Source: Enterobacteria phage CHB7. Taken from it: DNA of 64,000 bases. The position numbers and the translations under genes were made by a program. Below are positions 9,163 through 19,136 of the stretch, one piece after another. The DNA lies in sequence record MK562504.1; one strand, 5' to 3'. Every line of letters begins with the position of its first letter. Position 1 is the first letter of the stretch. Under the pieces are notes generated by a model. That model was not told the DNA's origin. It saw only the letters and a program-made list of their open reading frames with translations, and did no database searches.

Positions 9163-11294
9163 ACTCTGTCCTTAATTTCTGCAATTTTTGCATCATTCAT
9201 TCTTGAAGTACCTTTTATTTTAGTCCACCCAAGATAACCACAAACACGATTGATAACTGAAATGTCATGTGAATGGCACTTAGGGCACTCATCAACATCT
9301 TCGTTAGGTCTATGTCCACAATTTTCACAGATTGCTAAGTCAAAGTTAACACCTTGATAGAAACCTTTACCCATACCTCGTGAGACACAAGCACTAATAG
9401 CTTTTTTGTTCTCTGGGTTTGCCATTCTAGAGTAAATGATGTGACCACCATTACAGCTATGGAATAAAGGTTCTTCCAAGTCTTGCTTCTGATATGGAGT
9501 AATATCTGCTGCAACGTTCATATGGAAGCTGTTAGTGAAATACTCTTTATCGGAAACATCTTTCACAACACCGAACATGTTACGGAACTGCTTCAATTGC
9601 GTCCCACAAAGGCTCTCAGCAGGTGTACCGTAAAGGGCATACAAGAAGCCATCTTGCTCTTTAAAGTGCGCCAGACGGTCATTCAGGTAGTCCAGAACTT
9701 GCTGTGCAATCACTTTCTGAGATTCATGTAGTCTACCTTCCCCAGCTAGTACAGAGAGTTCATCAAGTGCAGTTACACCGAAAGAAGCTGTGAAGGATTT
9801 CACAGTATCCCAACCAATTTTATCAGTTGGTTTCTTACCCCCTTTGTACAGGCCACCTTGTGTAAATGCCAGAGGGTTTGAACTTGCTGGCATGTTAGCA
9901 ATCATCTCATAGCGTTTCTTATGGAAGCTGCGAATCATTTCAAGGTATTTGTCAAGCTCTTTCCAGAAGTCTAAGCCGTTCTCTTTAGCATACTGGTAAA
10001 TCATTGGCAAGTTCAAAGATACTGCACCAATATTTGCACGACCAACGTAGAACTCTTCCCCGTTTTCGTCATAGTATGGAGACAGGAAAGCTCGACAACC
10101 CATCGGTGAAATCACCTTACCAGAACGTTCAAAAGCTTCTGCAACAGCACCATGACCAGATACACTCAAGAAGTCTGGGTACATCGCTTTAGAGCAACAC
10201 TCAATAGCTTTATTGTACAGTTGGCCTTGACAGATATCTTCACTGTGTCTTGTATGGTCATGAATGTAAACCAATTTAGGGAACACAACAGGTTTCTTGT
10301 TCTTACCTTGACCATTCATACGAACATCAAGAATAGTGTTTGCAATCATGTACTGAAGACGGTTATCTTCATCAGCCATATCTGAACCAAGTAAACCAAA
10401 TGTTAAAGTTGTGAATGCAAAGTCACCACGGCTGCAAGGTACAGTGTTCAGCTTCATCTCCAGTGACTGGAAACCTTGAGTTAGTTCAATCTGTAACTGT
10501 TCCATTACATAGTTGTAGTAATGTTCTTTGGGAATCCCATAAGAAGTTGCTTTCTCAGCATGGTAACGTAGAGACTTCTTAGCGTATGGCACAAGAATCT
10601 TGTCAATCTCTGGGATTGTAAAACCACCAAATTGCTGTGCAGTTGCTGACAATACAACATCACCGATAACCTGTAAAGCTGACAGAACAGACTTCGGTTC
10701 ACAGTACTCAATACCAGACATTTCAAAGCCACCTTTCAGGACTTTACCAATGTCAAATAGGCAACAGTTAATCCCACCAAATACCAAATCTCTCAGGTCG
10801 TGAATGTAGATGAAACCTGCCTCAATAGCTTCAAGTTCTTCTGGTGTCAAGTGATATTGCTTAAAGATTTCTTTAGTCAGGTATCCACGAATGATAGAAC
10901 CTTTTGTAGAGATTAAGCTACTGTCAAAGTTAGCATTCTCACGGTCACCTAAGAAGAGGGTGTCTTTAGTCTTCTGATAGAGTTCATCCCAATTCTGTGC
11001 AACTTCTTTACGGTAGTTACGGTAGGTTGAGTAAGATTCGTAAATCTCGTGATTAACTTCTGCTAAAGCCCCTTCAACAATACTGTGAATGTCATCTACA
11101 GAAATCAGTAAAGCATTCTGGTTAGAAGCCTTTACAAGAATCCGCATAAAAGCTGACTCAAGAGCATGAACAACTTCTAACGGGAGTTCTTTATAGCCAA
11201 CTCGGTTAGCTGATTTTGTAACTGCTGCTAGGACTTTCTTAATATCTGGTTCTTCAAGTGAGCCATTCTTTTTAATAATTTGTACTTTGACCAT
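9153..11294 (-). CDS. nrdD: anaerobic ribonucleoside-triphosphate reductase (class III)
   Basis: ATP-cone N-terminus, C-terminal glycyl-radical motif (RVCGY) and zinc-ribbon cysteines. Start reassigned to ATG at 11294 (MVKVQII), preceded by an AAGGAG ribosome-binding site. Confidence 0.85.
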   Translation of the reverse strand: MVKVQIIKKNGSLEEPDIKKVLAAVTKSANRVGYKELPLEVVHALESAFMRILVKASNQNALLISVDDIHSIVEGALAEVNHEIYESYSTYRNYRKEVAQNWDELYQKTKDTLFLGDRENANFDSSLISTKGSIIRGYLTKEIFKQYHLTPEELEAIEAGFIYIHDLRDLVFGGINCCLFDIGKVLKGGFEMSGIEYCEPKSVLSALQVIGDVVLSATAQQFGGFTIPEIDKILVPYAKKSLRYHAEKATSYGIPKEHYYNYVMEQLQIELTQGFQSLEMKLNTVPCSRGDFAFTTLTFGLLGSDMADEDNRLQYMIANTILDVRMNGQGKNKKPVVFPKLVYIHDHTRHSEDICQGQLYNKAIECCSKAMYPDFLSVSGHGAVAEAFERSGKVISPMGCRAFLSPYYDENGEEFYVGRANIGAVSLNLPMIYQYAKENGLDFWKELDKYLEMIRSFHKKRYEMIANMPASSNPLAFTQGGLYKGGKKPTDKIGWDTVKSFTASFGVTALDELSVLAGEGRLHESQKVIAQQVLDYLNDRLAHFKEQDGFLYALYGTPAESLCGTQLKQFRNMFGVVKDVSDKEYFTNSFHMNVAADITPYQKQDLEEPLFHSCNGGHIIYSRMANPENKKAISACVSRGMGKGFYQGVNFDLAICENCGHRPNEDVDECPKCHSHDISVINRVCGYLGWTKIKGTSRMNDAKIAEIKDRVCM

Positions 11295-11310
11295 TTGTGC
11301 TCCTTTGTAT

Positions 11311-11334
11311 ACGAAAAAGGTCTCCGAAGAGACC
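11311..11334 (-). terminator. intrinsic terminator
   Basis: Hairpin GGTCTC-CGAAGA-GACC with adjacent A-run; a near-identical hairpin recurs at 15425. Confidence 0.5.
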
Positions 11335-11340
11335 CTTATA

Positions 11341-11547
11341 TTAATTCTTTTTGAAAATCTTCTCAACAAACTTTTTGAGTTTGCCGCTAATGTCAAGATG
11401 GATTTCTAGAATCTCAAAGATTACCCATACTAGCATAGCACCAAACAAAGCACCTTGTTTGATATCAATAAATAGGTTCACAAAGAAGAAACCGAGTACA
11501 ATCATCGGTGCATCAACTGTGAAACCTTCCCACAAACGCTTAAGCAT
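11341..11547 (-). CDS. small hydrophobic membrane protein (68 aa)
   Basis: Translation is dominated by hydrophobic stretches (VLGFFFVNLFIDI, FGAMLVWVIF). Confidence 0.35.
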   Translation of the reverse strand: MLKRLWEGFTVDAPMIVLGFFFVNLFIDIKQGALFGAMLVWVIFEILEIHLDISGKLKKFVEKIFKKN

Positions 11548-11782
11548 TGTTCACCTCTTCCATAAAGTCTTGTAGTGTACCAACCGGAGTCAGGACAGTA
11601 TCTTCGGTCTTCATAATGAACGGCATCTGACGAACTGGCATCTTTGCAATATCAATCAGGTCTGACAGTTCATAATCCTGTCCTAACATTCTTACAATGT
11701 GGTCAATACCACGAGCCTTCGCAAAGTTCTTTGCAGTTTCACACTGAGGGCAACCAGTTTTGGAGTAAATTACGTAAGTCAT
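11540..11782 (-). CDS. glutaredoxin/NrdH-like redoxin
   Basis: CPQC active-site motif at the N-terminus of an 80-aa protein within the nrd cluster. Confidence 0.7.
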   Translation of the reverse strand: MTYVIYSKTGCPQCETAKNFAKARGIDHIVRMLGQDYELSDLIDIAKMPVRQMPFIMKTEDTVLTPVGTLQDFMEEVNNA

Positions 11783-12855
11783 TAAGGAACCTCTAAATAT
11801 CCTGAGTTTAAATCATCTACAACGGTATTCAACAAGTACGCACCGTTTTGCTGTTCTTGGTTAGCATTCTGCTCTTTATCAATTTCCATCTTCTTAATCA
11901 TATATTTCAAAGGTGGTTCTTTAGGAGCTACGAAGTCTCTTGGAATACCAAACATATCATACAATGGTGCAGCATTATAGTAAACCCACTCATGTAGAAG
12001 TTTTGTATTCAAACCAACTACGGCACGACCCTCAGAGAAAATATAATAAGACCATTTCTCTTCACTTTCAACTACTTCATCAAGAATTACTTTGATTTCT
12101 GGAAGAACCTGACGGAAAGCTTCTTGCCATTCTTCATCTTTCAAAGTCTCTTTCAGTGCTTCAATGTCAATCTTCGTGTGAAGGATTTCATCAAGCATAA
12201 TTTTCTGTACTGCCTGAGCAATACCTTGGAACTTATCTTGTGCATCAAGTGCAAAGGTACATGCAAAGGATGCCATAAAGGATACACCTTCCAAGGCAGT
12301 TACTGCAAAGAGACCTTTCAAAATTACTTTGTGAAAGTGTAAAGGGTCTTTCTCAAGCAGTGAATCACGAACATAACTTAGACGATAGTTGATACCTTCG
12401 TCAAGTAATTCTTCCAGTGCTCTGTTCACAGTCTTCAGACGGTCTTGTACAGCAGCATTCTGGTTAATCTCATCAAGGATTGTTTCAGGATTCTTAATAC
12501 ACTGACGAACAATCTCTGAATAAGTTAAGGCATGAAGGTTCTCAATTTCAGATTGCTTCATAATTGCCGTTGCGTAGATATCATCAGAGATGAATGGTGC
12601 AAAAGCAAATGCCAAACTCTTAGCAACCTGTGTATCAGCTTCCCACTGCCACTTAAGAATCTCAAGCATTACACCAGACATTGATTCTGGAACACTTTCA
12701 AAGTCTAACCGTGACTGCTCAAACGGGAACTCATCTTCAGACCAGTCTTGTGCTTTCTGCTGTTTGTACAGTTCAAAGATTTTTGGATAGTGTTTGTTGA
12801 GTGAGTCAAAAGTTTTTCGCTCACCACCTAAAAAGATTGGATGTTGGTTAATCAT
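11782..12855 (-). CDS. nrdB: ribonucleotide reductase small subunit (class Ia beta)
   Basis: Length of 357 aa and position between nrdA and the redoxin; helical, ferritin-like composition. Confidence 0.8.
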   Translation of the reverse strand: MINQHPIFLGGERKTFDSLNKHYPKIFELYKQQKAQDWSEDEFPFEQSRLDFESVPESMSGVMLEILKWQWEADTQVAKSLAFAFAPFISDDIYATAIMKQSEIENLHALTYSEIVRQCIKNPETILDEINQNAAVQDRLKTVNRALEELLDEGINYRLSYVRDSLLEKDPLHFHKVILKGLFAVTALEGVSFMASFACTFALDAQDKFQGIAQAVQKIMLDEILHTKIDIEALKETLKDEEWQEAFRQVLPEIKVILDEVVESEEKWSYYIFSEGRAVVGLNTKLLHEWVYYNAAPLYDMFGIPRDFVAPKEPPLKYMIKKMEIDKEQNANQEQQNGAYLLNTVVDDLNSGYLEVP

Positions 12856-13127
12856 AATGGTAGGTTTCCTGTTTCATAAAATTCTCTGGCTTCTGACGCT
12901 GTTAAAACTTGCCAACGGTCAACTTTAAACATGTCAAGAGACCTTGCATAAGTGTTGCTTGGGTTGAAGCAGTCAATATAACGAAGATGCTCTTTCCAAG
13001 AACCATCTGGCATTTTAACTTTCAGGTGATAGTCTGCAATATAATATAGAGACTCCCTTGGAATATAATACAGATACAAAGCACAGTTTGGTTCTCTGTT
13101 CCTTGCATCTTGAATGAGTTCTAACAT
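12852..13127 (-). CDS. hypothetical protein (91 aa)
   Basis: ORF between nrdA and nrdB with 4-nt overlap to nrdB. Confidence 0.4.
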   Translation of the reverse strand: MLELIQDARNREPNCALYLYYIPRESLYYIADYHLKVKMPDGSWKEHLRYIDCFNPSNTYARSLDMFKVDRWQVLTASEAREFYETGNLPL

Positions 13128-13133
13128 GGTTTC

Positions 13134-13155
13134 TCCAAAAGGGGCTTTACAGCCC
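13134..13155 (-). terminator. intrinsic terminator-like hairpin
   Basis: GGGGCT-TTAC-AGCCCC with flanking A/T runs, between nrdA and the 91-aa ORF. Confidence 0.35.
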
Positions 13156-13164
13156 CCTATTTAG

Positions 13165-15399
13165 TTAAACTCCGCAACCTTCACAGTAAGCGTCTTGGAG
13201 TGCTGACTTACCAACACCAATACGACTGTTAAGGTAGTACATAGTTTTCATCCCAACTGAGTTAGCATAAATCATGTACTTCAAAGCTTGCTCTAATGAT
13301 ACTTTTTTCGATTTTGAATAGTCAACATAGAAATCTGAAGAGATAGCTTGACCAGTGAATTTTTGAACAATTGCATAGCAATCAATCATATCAAATGTGT
13401 CAATATCCCAAGCAATTTCATAGACATACTTCAACTCTTCGTAATCTGGAACGATAAACAGGACGTTACCAGTAGCTGACTTCTTGGTTAAAATGAAGTC
13501 ACGAATTGGGTACAAACCATTTGTCGTATTAGTTGCCAGTGAAGAACTCTCATTAGGCATGTAAGCCTCAAGTACAGAGTTTCTGATACCACCATTTGCT
13601 TTAATACGGTCTGCTAAGTCATCCCAATCATAACGAAGTTTTGCATCGTGTTTCGTATCAATCTTCCTGTTAGCTGTCTTCGGAGGAACCCAACCTTCAG
13701 GATACTTGGTGAACTTCATATATTCAGGTACACCACGCTCTTTTGCAAGTCTTAGTGAAGCCTCATGCAGATAGTAAGAGTGCATCTCTGCAAGTTCATG
13801 TAGCTTCGTTTTACCTGCTCTTGAAGAATAGTTCACGTAGTTCTTCGCAAGGTAGTGAGCCACATTCGTAAGGCCAATCCCAACAGAACGACGTTTCTGA
13901 ACGTGGTTACGCATTGACGGATACGGATAGTCCATAAGGTCAATAACGGAGTCAACCATTGCAAGAGCATAATAAGCAACGTCAGCGTATTCATCTTCTG
14001 TGATTCTCCCTGCTACCAGACTAGCCAAGAAGCAAAGAGCAACTTCACCATCTTCTTTAGGTGATGTGTAACTGTAAAGGTCACGTTCATCTTCAAACCC
14101 GTGAACTGGCAGTATAATTTCCATGCACAAGTTAGACATTTTCAAAGCTTCTTTAAACGGTGTGTGTGTGTTCGCATTGTTCGTAAAGAACGGATACACA
14201 CGACCTGTGGCATAACGTTGCTGGATGAACAGCTTGGCAACTTCACGAGCCTTAACACGTTTATGCTTAACACCTGAATGAACTGCGTGACCAACTGCCA
14301 TAGCAAACTCATCAGCAGATGCTGTGTAGAACATATCATAAAGCTTTGGAGCGTCCTTGTAAGAGAACAGCAACCAATCTGTGTCATACTGTACACACTG
14401 CCAGAAATAGTCATTTGCACCAAATGAATAGTCCATCTCATTAATACGCTTAGAAGGAACCGTTGTAGGGTGCTTCAAACGTAGTAAATCTTCAATCTGC
14501 GGGTCTAGGGCAGTGTAGAAGTTGTTAGCTGAACCACCACGACTCTTCTGTTTATTGGCCTCTACAGCAGCACGTACAAGTTTGTAGTAAGGAAGCTTAC
14601 CCATGTGTTCAATGGTGTTTTGACGAATACCATCACCAATTGTACGGGTCTCCATCAGCATACCAATACCAGCTTGCTTCGTGGTCATATCATAAGCTAC
14701 CTTAGTAGCAATGCCAAGAGACTCAGCAGTGTCATTAGCCTTGATTAAGCAGCATGACGCATAACCTGACTTAGTAGCACGTAAACCATTCAGATAAGGC
14801 GTAGGAGCGTTAATCTTCAGGTCAGACAGGTAAGTGTACAGCTTGATAACATCTTCCAGTCTACGGTGCTTGGGTTGTCTCTCAAAGGCTTTCATAGCCA
14901 TACCCATAAACATAAACTGTGGAGACTCAAACAGACGACCTGACTTGATATCTCGGATACCATATTTGTCACGGAACTGCTTCAGTACTGCGTAACCGTA
15001 AGAGATATCTTTTGAGTGAACAATGTGACCTTGTAAATAGTCAATTTCTTGTTCGGTGTAATCCATGTGCTCCCACAAACCCATTTGCTCCATCTTCATA
15101 ACGAAGTTGAACAGTTGAGGAACTTTTGTGAAACCACCAAAGGCTTCTTTGTAGATGATACCAAGGAGTAATCGACCAGCCATATCAGAGTACTCTTGAG
15201 TCTGCTTATCAATACAAACGTCAATCATAGCTTGGTGCATCTCTTTGGTAGAGCAACCTTCATAAACACGCTTCATGGCTTCCATAGTTACTTCTGACCA
15301 AATGATTCCTCGTTTGTCAGCCCATGAAGCCCATTTGTTTAAACGTTCTGGTTCGAATGGCACGATTGTACCGTCAGATTTGCGAATGGTCTTAATCAT
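13165..15399 (-). CDS. nrdA: ribonucleotide reductase large subunit (class Ia alpha)
   Basis: 744 aa with N-terminal ATP-cone (IKTIRKSDGTIVPFEPERL) and a C-terminal cysteine pair (CEGCGV). Confidence 0.85.
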   Translation of the reverse strand: MIKTIRKSDGTIVPFEPERLNKWASWADKRGIIWSEVTMEAMKRVYEGCSTKEMHQAMIDVCIDKQTQEYSDMAGRLLLGIIYKEAFGGFTKVPQLFNFVMKMEQMGLWEHMDYTEQEIDYLQGHIVHSKDISYGYAVLKQFRDKYGIRDIKSGRLFESPQFMFMGMAMKAFERQPKHRRLEDVIKLYTYLSDLKINAPTPYLNGLRATKSGYASCCLIKANDTAESLGIATKVAYDMTTKQAGIGMLMETRTIGDGIRQNTIEHMGKLPYYKLVRAAVEANKQKSRGGSANNFYTALDPQIEDLLRLKHPTTVPSKRINEMDYSFGANDYFWQCVQYDTDWLLFSYKDAPKLYDMFYTASADEFAMAVGHAVHSGVKHKRVKAREVAKLFIQQRYATGRVYPFFTNNANTHTPFKEALKMSNLCMEIILPVHGFEDERDLYSYTSPKEDGEVALCFLASLVAGRITEDEYADVAYYALAMVDSVIDLMDYPYPSMRNHVQKRRSVGIGLTNVAHYLAKNYVNYSSRAGKTKLHELAEMHSYYLHEASLRLAKERGVPEYMKFTKYPEGWVPPKTANRKIDTKHDAKLRYDWDDLADRIKANGGIRNSVLEAYMPNESSSLATNTTNGLYPIRDFILTKKSATGNVLFIVPDYEELKYVYEIAWDIDTFDMIDCYAIVQKFTGQAISSDFYVDYSKSKKVSLEQALKYMIYANSVGMKTMYYLNSRIGVGKSALQDAYCEGCGV

Positions 15400-15418
15400 T
15401 ATTTTAGAGTCCTACAGG

Positions 15419-15442
15419 TGAAAAAGGGTCTCCGAAGAGACC
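15419..15442 (-). terminator. intrinsic terminator
   Basis: Hairpin GGGTCTC-CGAA-GAGACCC with adjacent A-run. Confidence 0.5.
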
Positions 15443-15451
15443 CATTAGAGA

Positions 15452-15787
15452 TTAAATGCTAAAGATTTGTTTACTTTGCCAAAGTTCATAGAACTTGTGA
15501 GAAACCTTAGTCAGTGAAGCTTTTGACATTGCGTTGCAGTACCACCAACGTTTAGTTTCATCAAACAGTTTTTCAAGGTCTTCGTGCAGGTTGTCTTCCA
15601 TTCGTGAAATAACAAAGTTACCACGCTTCTTACCAGTAACACGACCAAACTTGATATCACTTCGCCCTTTACAATCCTCTGTGTACATCACTATGTCACC
15701 GAACCGTAAAGGTTTGTCAAACTTATCTACTCCAAGTTCAACGCCAGCTTTTACATCTTCAATTGTAAGCTTATTTGTTTTAGACAT
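15452..15787 (-). CDS. hypothetical protein (111 aa)
   Basis: Intact ORF. Confidence 0.4.
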   Translation of the reverse strand: MSKTNKLTIEDVKAGVELGVDKFDKPLRFGDIVMYTEDCKGRSDIKFGRVTGKKRGNFVISRMEDNLHEDLEKLFDETKRWWYCNAMSKASLTKVSHKFYELWQSKQIFSI

Positions 15788-16112
15788 GATATTTATCCAA
15801 GCTTCGTTTCAGGTAAAGCCACCCATCATCAGTGCGCTCAACACCCATGAACAGTGGAGCCGTTACAACCTTTCCAAACGTATTGCGATGTTGACAAATC
15901 TCATAAGAGTATGTCTTCTCAATGTTCAGGCCATATTTAAAAAGCACTGCTTTCAAGACCTGTTCATTATCCAGTAAAGTTTCTGGTGTCTCTCCATATT
16001 TTACTAACAGTGAATCATTCATAAACACTGTCATAGAGAGATTATAGTTTGAGAAATGGCTCTTTGGAGCCACCTCTTCAGTATTAATGTTCTGTGAATC
16101 CATTATAACCAA
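15780..16112 (-). CDS. hypothetical protein (110 aa)
   Basis: Intact ORF overlapping neighbours by a few nt. Confidence 0.4.
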   Translation of the reverse strand: MVIMDSQNINTEEVAPKSHFSNYNLSMTVFMNDSLLVKYGETPETLLDNEQVLKAVLFKYGLNIEKTYSYEICQHRNTFGKVVTAPLFMGVERTDDGWLYLKRSLDKYHV

Positions 16113-16839
16113 CCCCTTTTAACCAATTCTTCAGGTTATTTGCATCATAGTTCAGTTTCGGGTATGAGGTCACATGGAACTTCTCACCGTCATAGTAAAC
16201 AATATCTGCAAGCCATAATCCGTTTTCTCGGCAGAAGTCTTTGTCTGCTTTCGAACTGATTGGTCGAACTTCTGTGAAGTCACTCAATCCAAGGTCTTTC
16301 AAACTTCCTAAAAGACCTTTACAGATAACGCATGTGTCAGATGTTACCACGAACAATTCTTTGCTTTCAAGTTCCGCGATGAACTCTGCAAGCTGTACTT
16401 TAGGAAGATTAGACTGCTTCATAATCTTCTTATCAGATTCACGTACAATGGCGTACCATTCTTTTCCGTCAATCATTGAAGCACGTACACGACATTCATC
16501 TCCAGTACGCTTCTCGATATCTGCAAGACGCTTCAAAGCTTCCTCATAGTTATCGGTATATTTCAGGTTGTTATTCTCACAGACTGCCCTCATAGCCCCA
16601 TCATGGTCATGCTGTGAAAGGTAAATCAGTCCATCAAGAACATACTGTAAATCTGCCTGAGCATCAAGAGCCTCAATAGGGTCTTTTTCATCAACAGCTT
16701 TCAAAAGCTCTTTGGCTTCTTCTAACATGCAAAGTGCTTGACTACGCATTGAAGACCAGTACTCAGTTGTGTAAGGAGTCAACGGGGTATTCCCACAACG
16801 CTGATTCCAAGTTAAAACGGATTCTCTGGAATTAAACAT
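16084..16839 (-). CDS. hypothetical two-domain protein; possible thioredoxin-like C-terminal half
   Basis: 251 aa; helical N-terminal half and a CxxC motif (CVIC) in the C-terminal half. Fold not established. Confidence 0.3.
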   Translation of the reverse strand: MFNSRESVLTWNQRCGNTPLTPYTTEYWSSMRSQALCMLEEAKELLKAVDEKDPIEALDAQADLQYVLDGLIYLSQHDHDGAMRAVCENNNLKYTDNYEEALKRLADIEKRTGDECRVRASMIDGKEWYAIVRESDKKIMKQSNLPKVQLAEFIAELESKELFVVTSDTCVICKGLLGSLKDLGLSDFTEVRPISSKADKDFCRENGLWLADIVYYDGEKFHVTSYPKLNYDANNLKNWLKGVGYNGFTEH

Positions 16840-17066
16840 TAAACCTCCTGAAACAGTTTCTGCTGAGACTCAATATAATCCAGTCGGCCTTTCAGTTCAA
16901 CACGTTTGTTAATCAGGTGCTGAATCTGGGACTCAAGAGCCTCCATTTCGGACTCCGTAGCTTCTTTAGCTTTGATGATTGCATCTTTAAGTGCTGCAAT
17001 GTGGCTGTCAATCTTAGCTACGTGGTCATTCTTCAGTTTGTTAAACATAATCTTATTCTCTCTCAT
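16839..17066 (-). CDS. hypothetical coiled-coil protein (75 aa)
   Basis: Heptad-like charged/hydrophobic pattern. Confidence 0.35.
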   Translation of the reverse strand: MRENKIMFNKLKNDHVAKIDSHIAALKDAIIKAKEATESEMEALESQIQHLINKRVELKGRLDYIESQQKLFQEV

Positions 17067-17553
17067 TAAGTTTCATGATTTTATGGATTCTCTTCTCAGC
17101 ATCTTCATAAGTCTCTTTAGTCAGAAACTTGATTGCTGCAATGTTTGCATTGTAGAAGAGTCGAAGCTTGGAGTCAATCCTTTTTGTCATGACGTCAAAC
17201 TTATGTTGGAGGTTAGCTTCTCCGTAGACCAACCCACCTCGCGTATAATAAGTTTGCACAATATAGAAGTCAAACTCTTTTTCACCGAAAGTTTCAATAT
17301 CTTTCTTAATGTATTCAGAAGAGGTCTGGTAAACCATCCAGTCACTCTCTTTTGTCACAATCTTTCGTCTGGTCTTTCCAGCTACTTTCTTCTTGGTGAC
17401 ATTGTTAAACTGCTTCTTACCGATGTAATACTGTCCAGTCTTTTTGCAGTACACTAAGTAAACGAAACCAAAATACTTAGCGGGGTCAATCTCCCCGCAC
17501 AGTGAAATCCAATGTCCATATTCAGGGCAATTGCCAAAACCTTTAATCTTCAT
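17053..17553 (-). CDS. GIY-YIG-like endonuclease (putative)
   Basis: FVYLVYCKKTGQYYIGKK resembles a GIY...YIG core; placement about 30 aa from the N-terminus is atypical. Confidence 0.4.
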   Translation of the reverse strand: MKIKGFGNCPEYGHWISLCGEIDPAKYFGFVYLVYCKKTGQYYIGKKQFNNVTKKKVAGKTRRKIVTKESDWMVYQTSSEYIKKDIETFGEKEFDFYIVQTYYTRGGLVYGEANLQHKFDVMTKRIDSKLRLFYNANIAAIKFLTKETYEDAEKRIHKIMKLNERE

Positions 17554-18074
17554 TCATAAGCTTCTCCGTGATTTACAAACTCTCTATGGAGTTCTTCTCT
17601 TCTCTTTATGATGGCTTCTTTAGCCTCATCAATGGTCTCAAATGCACCGATGAAATGTGTTACACCATGTACCATGATTCTTGCTCTCCACTTCTTGGAG
17701 GCTTTGTTAAATGATACACCTTTCACACCGGATGTGTTATTTGAGTGGGTTTTTCTATTCCAGCTATTCTCAGCTTGGGTACACACTCTTAAGTTTTCAC
17801 GGCGATTGTCATCTGTTAACCCGTTACGGTGGTCTACACGTTCCGGTAAGAAACCATCAGTGTAAAGGATTGCTAAATCATGAGCCATATAAGCTTTCCT
17901 TTTGATGGTGATTCTGATGTAGCCTCTGTCATGAGGTGAACCAGCTACTGAACCAACAATAGTCCTGTTAGCAGATTTCTTAAGCCAAGTAAAGACCCCT
18001 GTATCGGGGTCATAATGCAGGTATTCTTTAAGAGTCTTCTGCGTTAACATTTGGAGTCCACCCATACTTTTCAA
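17550..18074 (-). CDS. HNH homing endonuclease with AP2-type domain
   Basis: YDPDTGVFTW N-terminal signature, HNH core (VDHRNGLTDDNRRENLR), AP2-like GVKGVSFNKASKKWRA. Confidence 0.7.
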   Translation of the reverse strand: MKSMGGLQMLTQKTLKEYLHYDPDTGVFTWLKKSANRTIVGSVAGSPHDRGYIRITIKRKAYMAHDLAILYTDGFLPERVDHRNGLTDDNRRENLRVCTQAENSWNRKTHSNNTSGVKGVSFNKASKKWRARIMVHGVTHFIGAFETIDEAKEAIIKRREELHREFVNHGEAYE

Positions 18075-19086
18075 ACGTAAAGTCGTCTTTAGGGTTACGC
18101 TCTTGATATGCTAAGAAGAAGTGCTGGTGCATCAGTTCAAGAGGTGTTCTTGTAATCACCTGACCATCCCACGATTCATAAGTATATGAATCTTTCTTAG
18201 CGTAGAGTTCATAGATAGCATCAAGGCATTCTTTATAGGTCTCTTTACCTTCCAGAGCGTTCATTACAGCAACTTTCCCTGCACCCTTAAGACCAAAGTA
18301 GTTATCTGCGTTATCTCCTGCTACAGCTTGATAGCAGAGGAATTTGAAGCCTACACCAACAGTCTTTTTAGCTTTCGGCTTAGACTTGATAGGGCAATCC
18401 CAAATATTACCTACGTTACCGTCTGCAATGAAAATCAGAGGGGCTTTCTCGTAAGTCATATCAATACAGTAAGTTCCTTCCGCTTGGCGAAGGTCTTTAT
18501 CAATACTCATAAGAGCAGCCTTCTTACCCATCTTCTCAGCTTTTGCAATAACAATGGAGTCAGCTTCAAAGCCACCTTTGAGAAGCTTAAACTCAGGTCG
18601 TGACAGAAGATACTCACGACAAGCAACTAAATGCGTAGGGGTTACTGATTCTTTACGGTTACCTTGATACTGGTGTTCAAGACCTTTAATGTCTTTGTGT
18701 TTATGTACACCTTTCTCAGTGAGGTATCCCATCCAAGTTCGCTCTTTACCAACAACTTTCAACCATTCCTGAAGAACTTGTTGAGTTGCCATAATAGCTT
18801 CTTTTTCACTCTTAGCTTCTTTCCAAGATTGTCTTTCCCATTCATCTTCATCGAATGCAAGACCAAGTTCCTCTGTTAGAACTCTCTGGTCAGATAGCCA
18901 TTGATTAGCATCTTTAGCACTTTCAAAGGCATCAGACTCTTCAGCAGTGAGTTTATTCACATACTTGTACTTTGCTTTCTCAACGACACAGGCTCCCTTG
19001 TAAGCAATACTGTCAGAGTCAATAAAGACATGTGTCACAGTATCTGGGAGTTTTGTTAACGTGTACTTTTCCATTTGTATCTCCAA
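18028..19086 (-). CDS. rnh: RNase H / 5'-3' exonuclease (FEN family)
   Basis: N-terminal acidic motif (VFIDSDSIA) and a second acidic cluster (EADSIVIA...LMSIDKDLRQ) match the flap-endonuclease pattern of T4 RNase H. Confidence 0.6.
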   Translation of the reverse strand: MEIQMEKYTLTKLPDTVTHVFIDSDSIAYKGACVVEKAKYKYVNKLTAEESDAFESAKDANQWLSDQRVLTEELGLAFDEDEWERQSWKEAKSEKEAIMATQQVLQEWLKVVGKERTWMGYLTEKGVHKHKDIKGLEHQYQGNRKESVTPTHLVACREYLLSRPEFKLLKGGFEADSIVIAKAEKMGKKAALMSIDKDLRQAEGTYCIDMTYEKAPLIFIADGNVGNIWDCPIKSKPKAKKTVGVGFKFLCYQAVAGDNADNYFGLKGAGKVAVMNALEGKETYKECLDAIYELYAKKDSYTYESWDGQVITRTPLELMHQHFFLAYQERNPKDDFTFEKYGWTPNVNAEDS

Positions 19087-19090
19087 TACG

Positions 19091-19119
19091 AAAAAGCCCC
19101 ATACTAAGTACAGGGCTTT
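19091..19119 (-). terminator. intrinsic terminator-like hairpin
   Basis: AAGCCC-loop-GGGCTT hairpin with adjacent A-run. Confidence 0.35.
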
Positions 19120-19136
19120 GTAGTAACTACTGAGAA